This document shows, piece by piece, positions 17,701-24,904 of a stretch of 64,000 bases of DNA. Position numbers and translations under genes: made by a program. Source of the stretch: an uncultured Clostridia bacterium (GTDB lineage: Bacteria > Bacillota > Clostridia > TANB77 > CAG-508). The notes beneath the pieces were generated by a model. That model was not told the DNA's origin. It worked only from the letters and a program-made list of their open reading frames with translations, and made no database searches. Numbering within the stretch: position 1 is the stretch's first letter; each line of letters begins with the position of its first letter. Where the stretch lies: the NCBI GenBank assembly GCA_947594065.1, contig CANQDX010000003.1, positions 499 through 64,498 on the forward strand, read 5' to 3'.

Positions 17701-19963
17701 TACAGTAAACTTTGGACACGAAGAATTAATACCTACTGTAGCAAAAGTAGATCAGAACATTAGAAGCTCAGACATTAAAAATACACAATATAATAAGACT
17801 GGCTTAAAAATACAAGTAACATATAAGTTGACTGTTACAAATGCATCTGTAACAATTGCAAAAGCAAATATTATTACAGATTACTTCGATAACAAATATG
17901 ATTTTGTAGAAGCATATTACTTAAATGGAAATAGTCAATCTAAATTAAGTGCAAGTAGTTCAAACAGAAACGGATATAAATCTGTAGCAATCACAATGCC
18001 AAGCAACTGGTTAAATCAAAATGCATTAATGGATGTATACCTAGTTCTTGATTTAAAAGATGCAGAAACAGTTTTACAACAAATAGTAAATAGTGGAGTA
18101 GGAAACTTACCTACATTCAACATTGCAGAAATAACAGAATATTCAACAACAGTAACAAACGGTAGATCCGAATATACAAGAGGCTTAATAGATAAAGACT
18201 CAGCACCAGGAAGTATAGATAGAGAGCAAGCAAGATTAACAACAACAGTAGGACAAAGTACATCTACAGTAAATGGAAACCCAACAACATTAGGTTACTA
18301 TTATCAAAAAGCAAATGAATATCTAAATGATAGAAGCAAAACAGAAATAAATAACCTAAAATGTGAAGATGATACAACTACATCACCAGTTCTATACTTT
18401 ACAGCTTCCGGAAATAGCAGAACAATAAGCGGAACAGTATTTAGAGATAATACAACAACTAACAATACAACAAGAATAAAAACTGGAAATGGAAAATTAG
18501 ATAATGGCGAAGTAGGAGTATATGGTGCAACAGTAGAATTGATAGAACAAACAAGCAACAACCAAGTTGTAAGATATACTACAACATCAGATAAAAATGG
18601 TAAGTTTACATTCTCAGGATTCTTACCAGGTGATTACTTAATTAGATATCAATATGGTGATACAACAAATACTGTATTGTTAAATCAAGCAGGTTCAAAC
18701 ATTAACAGATATTCATATAACGGAGAAGATTATCAAGCAACAAATAATACAGGAAAATATGGGGCAGAGAAACTAAACGACACAGCAAACTTCTGGTATG
18801 TATACAACGAAAATCAAGGTGTATCAACAGCTACAGATAGTATAAGCAGAAGAAATACTGTAAGTGCAAATGTAACAGACTTTACAGATGAACAAATGAC
18901 AGTATTAAACGATATAAGAGATGGCAAAACTGTGGAACAATCTGTAATTCAAGATATTATTAATAAAACAAAGATGGAATCTAACACACCTAAGTTCCAC
19001 ATCACAGTTGAAAAGACAGAAATTACAAGTGGAGGCTTACAAGAAAGAGAAGCATTTAGTCCATATGATGTAACAAATATGAACTTTGGTGTAGCAGAAG
19101 TACCAGTAACAACAATTAATTTAACAAAACAAATAAAAGAATTCTCAATAATTGATTCATCAGGCGAAAATGTAATAGCAAAAGCAAGTAAAAAAGCAAA
19201 TGGTGATTGGGATAGAGAAGGCGATACACTTATATTACCAAATAAGGGATTTGATGTAAGCGTTATAGATGAGAGATTACAAGGTGCAAAATTAACTGTA
19301 ACTTACGAAATTAAAGCAACAATTGCAATGGAGAAAAACTTCAACAACGGAAATGCAGTTGTACCAACAATTACAGGAATAGTAGACTTTATCGATAATG
19401 ACTTATCATATAATCCAGAGCTAGGAAATAACGATACTTATTGGGAAATAACAACATTTGACCAAGTTAAGAGTACCCTTGCACAAGCACAATACAAACA
19501 AGGAAGTATACCACAAGGTACTGTTGACCCAGATGGAAGCAGATATCAATCATTTGTAAAGGCAAAAGCATCTAACCCATTGCTAACACCAATTAATGGA
19601 ACAGCAACGGTAGAAATAACATTAGAAAAAGTATTATCATCAACAGATTCTACATTCGAGGAAATTGTAACAAGTGCAGTAGATGGTTATGAATATAACA
19701 ATACAATAGAGATAACAGGCTTGAACTATAAGAATGTTACAGATGACGGAACAGAGCCACAAAGAGATAGAGTAAGAATACCAACAAGATATATTATTCT
19801 ACCAGGTGTACAACACGATAGTGCTACATCAGACACAATTAATATTCACCCAAAACTAGGAGATAGCAGTATGATGATAACATACTATGTAATTGCAGCA
19901 GCTTCATTAATTGTATTAGCAGGAGGAATATTCATTATCAAAAAGTATGTAATTGCAAAATAA
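11753..19963 (+). CDS. Giant surface adhesin B1: signal peptide, putative thioester (TQxA-type) domain, 6+1 Ig-like repeats, two SdrD-B-like modules, HPKLG + hydrophobic + KK tail
   Basis: 2736-aa ORF starting 18 nt after A1 with a GGAGG RBS. VYCLNNG (Cys93) and DPSQQALWYY (Gln141). Repeats start [NS]VSLQKYI and end YRTxDxDY[VI]xM. SdrD-B-like strings: GGMVWNDKALNKQQD...SSGNYVFTNLPG and RTISGTVFRDN...DKNGKFTFSGFLPGDYLIRY. Confidence 0.85.
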   Translation: MKKKLKFKIVIMLIAILLLLVPIITKASIYSDSDLKNNRNYVFSNDSYGDESHTKNNHFVEIKVGNEIAVYVNGTSPEMSPHVNTLSLPNVYCLNNGVNAGWGSYKITSVGNKASPLLAYILAQGPTMGQLESNYKNDPSQQALWYYISKSNSSEASFLRGSLGCNSGSPSSKALEYYNDAVAYANKVNNSSGIISEDDVSASIKDSTLTVTVKGSFEKYDLLVNGTKKGEYYVSSGPHSYTVSGDTATVKVIPYEKRYNATYAIIERSGQQRMMAVTSTSYGDELSKIACEKTVRKEETNVSLQKYIAAVNGSTSNIPLQPRTNLQAISSSKNQIYAYNKFINEFGDSTPNSYNGTGYKKTSPVTIKKNDIVTYYIHLYNNGNVSAKVSVNDTLKKLSNSSSTLAFSIAETPKIEFSTKGYNSNGSYSVKSTNSLTYSKSGAYILFNAITLEANSTARITLKIKIEEQIDSGDLIENNAWITGDGYNNPNGYRTDDYDYVKMEQPEATKPNVSLQKYIAQVNNKNLTSAQTSVTNRWNRKDNSESIGQIFDGGIFKDPSGNNGGLSYNNGYKSENPVKIQSGDSVTYYIYVYNNSNKMVKVDVSDHICFVSDSVLSENEYTITQSAYENSSDGYTFTSNGGNSRMTLDYKKEGGTIYFNTITLDGKKAARITLTVKFNTDISSRGVLENYAGIRSTDPTNNTTFRTGDYDYVEMEEPELPPPETPKTNVSLQKYIAQVNGQNLTSENTDVINRWNVQATSQSVNQIFASRTKFVNPGGKEYDGTSNTTIGYKKIDPVLIKQGDIVTYYIYVYANDNKKVDSIIVKDQLTHTNSSTRPSYAIQGSPTIEYSDFGYSYGSAQTLNYTTSNDIITFSSFSLNYQVARITLKVKINEQIPAGDMIENNAYIYDTNPDNNTTYRTSDSDYVEMEEPELPPPEAPKTNVSLQKYIGQVNNKNLTLSMLEIYDRWNRKDVSGSIDKIYDTNIFKAPDGKNMNGSFVNGFKRDYPVTISVGDEVTYYIYVYNNDDETAKLNVSDQLSFVSGSSLSESEYTITQSVYETSSDGHTFNGNSEKLGYARQGNSIYFDAITLSGKTVARITLKVKFNTDISSKGILKNYAYISYTNPNNKTDYRTSDSDYIEMKQPPKGSVSLQKYITQVNNRNLTSDNTSLTKRWNLRDESTSIGQIFNGNIFKNEGGFSSGSSYNTGYKSQNPVIIKQGDTVTYYIYIYNESKDSTKVSVKDTLSFVSNNYLSSSYYSISSITMQYANDAYSFGNISDISYSTSGNTITFNSFNLGGKKAARITLKVKFSTDISAYGVVRNYAYISSTNPSNTTSYRTEDADYVQMVSANVSLQKYIAEVNGQSLTSHQSSIGDRWNLRDTGSSTSQIFGNSGTLKNPNGLWSGSSRTGYKSQNPVLIKKGDVVTYYIYVYNNSHIVDSKVTIEDSLNNSSYSVQSATIEFGDGYNFNGTQSINYTNSNGTMIFDQFTLNRDTAARITLKVAFNTRISLGTTVKNYAKIRSVDLANSTTYRTEDADYLQMEEEYKVSLEKYISSVRNDKGVNESITSRKGQEEYKTERNGKLVDETDKDTDWTQHNRKKELSPVTVGNGYYITYTIEVRNDGECDVYVSEIVDTLPAGISHYKESGYSSNKNDYKARPSGGDITITRTGATLLHPGDSTSVTLTVIVSESNLSMRVLKNTAKITKLTNSDGTQLDADANDKTRYNNQDSDYFQMNLMLPVGIGGMVWNDKALNKQQDSYNGLYDANSESKLAGIKVYLYRDGENGVVATTTTNSSGNYVFTNLPGRNRVTGGFYSYYVVFEYDGITYTPTNDNNNYKKVATPGDDPLTSNAREKLNSTDSFDGIVNKARTTFNNGFGTINNSKGISYTTQNDAGWTPESHHNYNTNMAIQASTEKITIADNATLMAQLQHINLGLRGRDIVDLQLTSDVYSTKVTVNGVDGAYKFNSNQVTVRKEDIGIAEDTVNFGHEELIPTVAKVDQNIRSSDIKNTQYNKTGLKIQVTYKLTVTNASVTIAKANIITDYFDNKYDFVEAYYLNGNSQSKLSASSSNRNGYKSVAITMPSNWLNQNALMDVYLVLDLKDAETVLQQIVNSGVGNLPTFNIAEITEYSTTVTNGRSEYTRGLIDKDSAPGSIDREQARLTTTVGQSTSTVNGNPTTLGYYYQKANEYLNDRSKTEINNLKCEDDTTTSPVLYFTASGNSRTISGTVFRDNTTTNNTTRIKTGNGKLDNGEVGVYGATVELIEQTSNNQVVRYTTTSDKNGKFTFSGFLPGDYLIRYQYGDTTNTVLLNQAGSNINRYSYNGEDYQATNNTGKYGAEKLNDTANFWYVYNENQGVSTATDSISRRNTVSANVTDFTDEQMTVLNDIRDGKTVEQSVIQDIINKTKMESNTPKFHITVEKTEITSGGLQEREAFSPYDVTNMNFGVAEVPVTTINLTKQIKEFSIIDSSGENVIAKASKKANGDWDREGDTLILPNKGFDVSVIDERLQGAKLTVTYEIKATIAMEKNFNNGNAVVPTITGIVDFIDNDLSYNPELGNNDTYWEITTFDQVKSTLAQAQYKQGSIPQGTVDPDGSRYQSFVKAKASNPLLTPINGTATVEITLEKVLSSTDSTFEEIVTSAVDGYEYNNTIEITGLNYKNVTDDGTEPQRDRVRIPTRYIILPGVQHDSATSDTINIHPKLGDSSMMITYYVIAAASLIVLAGGIFIIKKYVIAK
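12653..16960 (+). repeat. Tandem array of seven ~190-217-aa Ig-like domain repeats in B1
   Basis: Repeat starts at 12653, 13286, 13937, 14579, 15197, 15803 (VSLQKYI type) and 16388 (KVSLEKYISSV, divergent). Confidence 0.9.
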
Positions 19964-19970
19964 ATAAATT

Positions 19971-20013
19971 AGAATGACCTTAAAAGGATTGCCCTTTTGG
20001 GTCATTCTTTTTG
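19971..20013 (+). terminator. Terminator after B1
   Basis: AGAATGACC (19971-19979) / GGTCATTCT (20000-20008) with inner AAAAGG/CCTTTT, then TTTTT. Confidence 0.85.
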
Positions 20014-20028
20014 CAAAAATAAAAAAGT

Positions 20029-20084
20029 ATTGTCCCTAGAAAATAAGTTAAAAACGCCAGTTTTTGTAATACAAATGTAAAGAA
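20029..20084 (+). pseudogene. Degenerate relic of the rsmA 3' end at the duplication junction
   Basis: TTGTCCCTAGAA + 41 nt + ATGTAAAGAAAAAATAATATT matches rsmA 6921-6990 with identical spacing. The middle 41 nt are only partly conserved. Confidence 0.7.
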
Positions 20085-20135
20085 AAAATAATATTTCTTT
20101 AATGCAAATGTTGAAATAGTATATCCGTAAGCATA

Positions 20136-20170
20136 AAACAGACATTTTTTTGAAAAAAGTCTGATTTTTT
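20136..20170 (+). terminator. Duplicated copy of the rsmA terminator hairpin
   Basis: AAAACAGAC ATTTTTTTGAAAAAA GTCTGATTTTTT, homologous to 7029-7064. Confidence 0.6.
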
Positions 20171-20306
20171 GCGCCTTTTGAACCTTTTTTTTACAAAAAT
20201 ACTAGATTTTATGAAAAAAATGTTGTATAATTAATATAATAGTGGACATAAAATTGGCATAATAATGGTATGCATACACTATACTTTCTAAAGGAGGAAA
20301 TTTCAA

Positions 20307-23300
20307 ATGAATCTTAAGAAATTTATTTTAAAATCTGTAGCTACAACAATGGCCATATCATTGGTCTATGGAAATGTTTCTATTTGTGGAATAGGAATAA
20401 GTAAAGCAATCGCTGAAGATAATATTCCACCAGAAATAGGAATAGAACTAAAAAATGAAGAGTATGTTCCATTCCATAAAGAAAAAGAAGAGGTAACAAA
20501 TAAAGGAATAGCAGTTCATAGTAGTTTGGAAATACAACCAAGGTATGAAGATACTAATTACTTACCAACCGAGAAGCTAGACCTAGAAGTAAGCTTACCT
20601 CAAATAAATGGAAGTTATCCAGAAGTTGCAAGTGTAGTAGAAGCCGCTACAGAGTCTACTACTGGCAAAGAATTAAATACAAACATTACTCAGAATTATA
20701 ATAAAGATTCTGGGTTATTAAGTGTTTCTTATTCAGATTCTTCTAATGAAGTAAATAAAAATGAAAAAGATAAGTTTGAAATAATATATATATATCCAGC
20801 AGAAGCTTATACAGAAAATGAAGAAGTTGCATTAAAATATACAGTAAATGCAACATTAACATTAAAAGCAGAAAGTGAAAGCATAACTGCAAAAGGAAAT
20901 AAAGAAATTTCTATCATTGCAAAAGAAGATAAGGGAACCTTAACAGAATTTAACACACAATCAAAAGAAGATATTTATAAAGGTTATTTATATTCAAATG
21001 TAGAAAACAATACAAATTATGAAACGACCTTTAATACTGTATCTACTTATACTGTATTAAATAGTAAATTAGCAGATACAGCAAGATTAATGCTAGAAGA
21101 AAATAAACTTGTATTAAATGATAAACAAAAAACAGAATTAAAAACTGATGGAAATATTGTATATAAACAAACAAAAATAAACAAATATGAATTCGATAGA
21201 ATGTTAGGACAAGAAGGAAAAATAGAAATATATAAAGGAGAAGAAGTATTTGCAACTGTACAATATATTGATATAGATAATACTAAAAAATTAGCAGTTA
21301 TTTACTTAAACGGAAAAGTTGATGTAATTGAAAACGATAGCCAATATATTATTGTTAAATACGAAGAAATCTTTACAGACTTAAATATTGAAATTTCAAA
21401 ACCAATTACAGAAGGTTTCTTACATTTTGAAAATGAAAGTTCAATAAAAGCATCAAAAAATTATGGAAGTAGTGTAGAAAAAATAAATGCAATTAGAGTA
21501 TCCAGCAAGGTAAATGATTACACATATGATACAGACATTAGTTTATCAGAACCAGAAACAAAAATGACAGTTACATCTAGCAATGTAAATTTTTCAACAT
21601 TACAAGTTAATAAAACAACATTAACTGTAAAATTAGACGATACAAATGCTAGTGCAAAATTGTTTAACAACCCTATAATTACTATAAAATTACCAGAAGG
21701 ATTAACAAGTGGTAATTTGTCTAGCCCAAGTCTTGTAAACGAAAATGGATTAAAAATAAAGAAATCATCAACAAATAATAATATCATTACAATCGAATTA
21801 GAAGGAAAACAATCCGCTTACGATTTAGAAAATGTAAGTGGTGGCGTAAGCATTGTAATGGATATTGAAAACTTAAATTACAAAGATACTCTTCCAACAC
21901 ATACAGATAAAATAGAAGTAACTTGTAAACAAGGAAAAGCAGAAACAAAACAAAATATTCCTGTAAATATTGTATCTAAAGCAGGATTATTAATGTTGTC
22001 TAAATTAAGCAACTTTGACAATAGCGGTAGCGTAAGTTCTACAATAGAAGATGCAAAACTAATCGAAATTGGAAGTGATGAACCTGCTAAAGAAGCAGTT
22101 CATACACTTGATTTGGTAAATAATTATAACGAAGATTTAACAAACGTAAAAATTATAGGAAAAGTAGGCTATAGCAATGATGAATTAAAATCTACATTTG
22201 ATACAAACTTAAGCAAAGCTCTTTCAATAGAAAATGCAAAAGTTTATTATTCTACTAATAAAGATGCAAAATTTGAAGATGAAAGCTGGTCAGAAGAATT
22301 TACAAGTGATGCAAAAGCTTTCAAAGTAGAATTAGAAGATAATACAATGTCAAAATCATCAGGAATGGAAATAAAAGAAGCTGTACAAATTCCAGAAAAG
22401 TTAGGTAACAATCAATCAACTTATCTAAATTTAAGTATGTCTTATCAATATCAAGAAAAAACTTTAGAAGATGAAGTTACAATTGGAATGCAAACAACAC
22501 AAGATGGTTTAACAAACAATAGTAGTAAAGCAGAAAAAGAAATAATAACATCAGAAGGTGAAAATTTACCAGTAAGCTTAGAAATAACACCATACATTAA
22601 ACAAAACTATGTACATTCTGGACAAATTGTTATTTACAAATTACAAGTAAGAAATAATTCTGATAAAGATTTAACCAACTTAGTATTAAAAGACATCATT
22701 CCAGAAAATGCAATATACACATATAGAGGATTTGACGAAGAGGAAGAATTAAAAGCAATACAAGAAGATGTAAGAGAAAAGGAATGGGAAATAGAAAGTC
22801 TAAAAGCAGGAGAAGTACAAGAATTTGAAATAGCATTATTAATGAAAGAAACAGACGTAGACTCAACTATTGAAAATAAAATACAATTACAATACGAGGG
22901 ACAAACAATAGAGCAATCAAGTAGCTTAGCTTTAAAACCAGCTAAAGCAACAGTAGTATTAAGTACTTCTATAGATGAAAGTTACATATATGACAGTAGT
23001 ATGGTTACATTTGAAAAAGATGAAGTTGTTCAATATAGAGTAAGAGTAAAAAATATTACGAAAGATAGCTTAAAAAATATTAAAGTAACTTATGAAATTC
23101 CAAAAGAAATGGAATATGTAACTGGCGGTCTTGCTGAACTAGGAGAATATAGATATAACATAACAAAACAAGGAGTTTTAAATAACAATACTTTTGAATA
23201 TACAATTGCAAATTTAACACCAGATGAAGAAGTATTACTATTTATAGAATGTAAAGTAAAATCATTGCAAAAAGATTATAATATTCAAATAAGTGGTATT

Positions 23301-24884
23301 GCTAATGCGGAAGTAGAACAAGACATATATGAATCTAATACAAAAACAATTGAAACTTCTCAAGCAGTATACAATATGACTGTAACTCCTAATATACCAA
23401 CTGAACAATTGCTAGCAATGGGAGATAAGATAGTTTATACAATTAATGTAACAAATATTGGAAATAATTTTGGATCTACTGATGTAAAATACAGTATTCC
23501 TGAGGGAATAGAAGTAGAAAAAATTGAATATGGCAAAAAAGGCGAAAAACCATCTATTATAGAAACATCATTAAAAGAAAGAGAAATAAATATTACATTA
23601 GATCCACAAGAAATAGAAGAAATTAAAATTACAGGTACAGTAGTAGGCAAAGAAGTAGAAAAAACTACTATTTTGGAATTAACAAGTAACATTCAATTAA
23701 TTGTAGGAGAAGAAGTAATTTTATCTAATGAATTAACACATAAAATGGCAATAGAAGTAGTTATTCCAGATAATCCAAGCAATCCTGATAATCCAAATAA
23801 TCCAGACAAACCAGATAGACCAAGCAATCCAGATAACCCAAGCAATCCAGGAAATCCAACTAACCCAGAAAACCCAGAAACAAATTCTTATACAATATCT
23901 GGAACAGCGTGGGTAGATGAAAATAAAGATGGTAAAAGAGATGAAGGCGAAAAATTGCAAGATAGTGTAATAGTAAGCTTAATAAACAAAGAAACAGGAA
24001 ACTTTGCTTTAGACCAAAATGGAAATAGAATTACTACAGTAACAGATGCAAACGGAAATTATACATTTGCAAATATTCCAAAAGGAAACTATATAGTATT
24101 ATTTGAATTTGATACTAATACTTATACTGTAACTACTTATCAAAAAGATGGAGTAAAAGAAAATTGTAATTCAGATGCTATTATGTCTAACGTTACAATA
24201 GATGGACAAGAAAAACTAGTTGCAATTACAAATACTATGTCATTAGATGAAAATACAAGTAATATAGACATTGGTCTAATAGTAAATGCAACATTCGATT
24301 TAAGCATAGAAAAATTAGTTTCAAAAGTTGCTGTTGTAGATAAACGTGGAACAGAAGAAACAACTTACGACAATAGCAATGTAGCAAAAGTAGACTTAGT
24401 TGCAAAATATATGAAAGGTGCTAATGTAATTGTAACTTACAAATTTGTAATAAAGAACGAAGGAGAAGTAGCAAGCTTTGCAGATAGTTTAGTAGATAAT
24501 TTACCAAGCGGATTAGAGTTTAACTCAGAATTAAATCCAGACTGGTATAGAGGAAATGATGGCAGCATATATACAACAGCATTAGCAGGAAAAACAATAC
24601 AACCAGGTGAAAGCATTACAACAGAATTAGTATTAACAAAGAAAATGACAGAAGAAAATACAGGAACATTTCCTAATAGTGCAAAACTAGAAAAAATAAG
24701 TAACTTACAAAATATAGTAGAAAACGAAAAAGCAATGGAAAATAATGAATCATCAGCATTGTTAATCATATCAATAAAAACAGGTTCAGTATGGCTATAT
24801 ACAGGAATTACGTTAGTTTGTTTAGGAATATTACTTGTAGGAACTTATTTCATTAAGAAAAAAGTTCTAAATAGAGGAATATAA
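20307..24884 (+). CDS. Giant surface protein A2 (paralog of A1, same architecture)
   Basis: 1525-aa ORF. The first ~70 aa and last ~330 aa are almost identical to A1 and the central part is diverged. Same DUF11-like modules, NPx linker, SdrD-B-like module and SIKTGS tail. Confidence 0.85.
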   Translation: MNLKKFILKSVATTMAISLVYGNVSICGIGISKAIAEDNIPPEIGIELKNEEYVPFHKEKEEVTNKGIAVHSSLEIQPRYEDTNYLPTEKLDLEVSLPQINGSYPEVASVVEAATESTTGKELNTNITQNYNKDSGLLSVSYSDSSNEVNKNEKDKFEIIYIYPAEAYTENEEVALKYTVNATLTLKAESESITAKGNKEISIIAKEDKGTLTEFNTQSKEDIYKGYLYSNVENNTNYETTFNTVSTYTVLNSKLADTARLMLEENKLVLNDKQKTELKTDGNIVYKQTKINKYEFDRMLGQEGKIEIYKGEEVFATVQYIDIDNTKKLAVIYLNGKVDVIENDSQYIIVKYEEIFTDLNIEISKPITEGFLHFENESSIKASKNYGSSVEKINAIRVSSKVNDYTYDTDISLSEPETKMTVTSSNVNFSTLQVNKTTLTVKLDDTNASAKLFNNPIITIKLPEGLTSGNLSSPSLVNENGLKIKKSSTNNNIITIELEGKQSAYDLENVSGGVSIVMDIENLNYKDTLPTHTDKIEVTCKQGKAETKQNIPVNIVSKAGLLMLSKLSNFDNSGSVSSTIEDAKLIEIGSDEPAKEAVHTLDLVNNYNEDLTNVKIIGKVGYSNDELKSTFDTNLSKALSIENAKVYYSTNKDAKFEDESWSEEFTSDAKAFKVELEDNTMSKSSGMEIKEAVQIPEKLGNNQSTYLNLSMSYQYQEKTLEDEVTIGMQTTQDGLTNNSSKAEKEIITSEGENLPVSLEITPYIKQNYVHSGQIVIYKLQVRNNSDKDLTNLVLKDIIPENAIYTYRGFDEEEELKAIQEDVREKEWEIESLKAGEVQEFEIALLMKETDVDSTIENKIQLQYEGQTIEQSSSLALKPAKATVVLSTSIDESYIYDSSMVTFEKDEVVQYRVRVKNITKDSLKNIKVTYEIPKEMEYVTGGLAELGEYRYNITKQGVLNNNTFEYTIANLTPDEEVLLFIECKVKSLQKDYNIQISGIANAEVEQDIYESNTKTIETSQAVYNMTVTPNIPTEQLLAMGDKIVYTINVTNIGNNFGSTDVKYSIPEGIEVEKIEYGKKGEKPSIIETSLKEREINITLDPQEIEEIKITGTVVGKEVEKTTILELTSNIQLIVGEEVILSNELTHKMAIEVVIPDNPSNPDNPNNPDKPDRPSNPDNPSNPGNPTNPENPETNSYTISGTAWVDENKDGKRDEGEKLQDSVIVSLINKETGNFALDQNGNRITTVTDANGNYTFANIPKGNYIVLFEFDTNTYTVTTYQKDGVKENCNSDAIMSNVTIDGQEKLVAITNTMSLDENTSNIDIGLIVNATFDLSIEKLVSKVAVVDKRGTEETTYDNSNVAKVDLVAKYMKGANVIVTYKFVIKNEGEVASFADSLVDNLPSGLEFNSELNPDWYRGNDGSIYTTALAGKTIQPGESITTELVLTKKMTEENTGTFPNSAKLEKISNLQNIVENEKAMENNESSALLIISIKTGSVWLYTGITLVCLGILLVGTYFIKKKVLNRGI
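23766..23880 (+). repeat. (Asn-Pro-x)n linker repeat in A2, longer than in A1
   Basis: PDNPSNPDNPNNPDKPDRPSNPDNPSNPGNPTNPENPE. Confidence 0.9.
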
Positions 24885-24904
24885 TTAGAAAGGAGGAGAC
24901 AAAT

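Larger units (their letters stand above)
6923..20030 (+). repeat. Tandem duplication unit 1 (rsmA 3' end + promoter region + A1 + B1 + terminator)
   Basis: Colinear with 20031-31432: same gene order, near-identical 5' regulatory region, near-identical gene termini and terminators. Confidence 0.8.
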
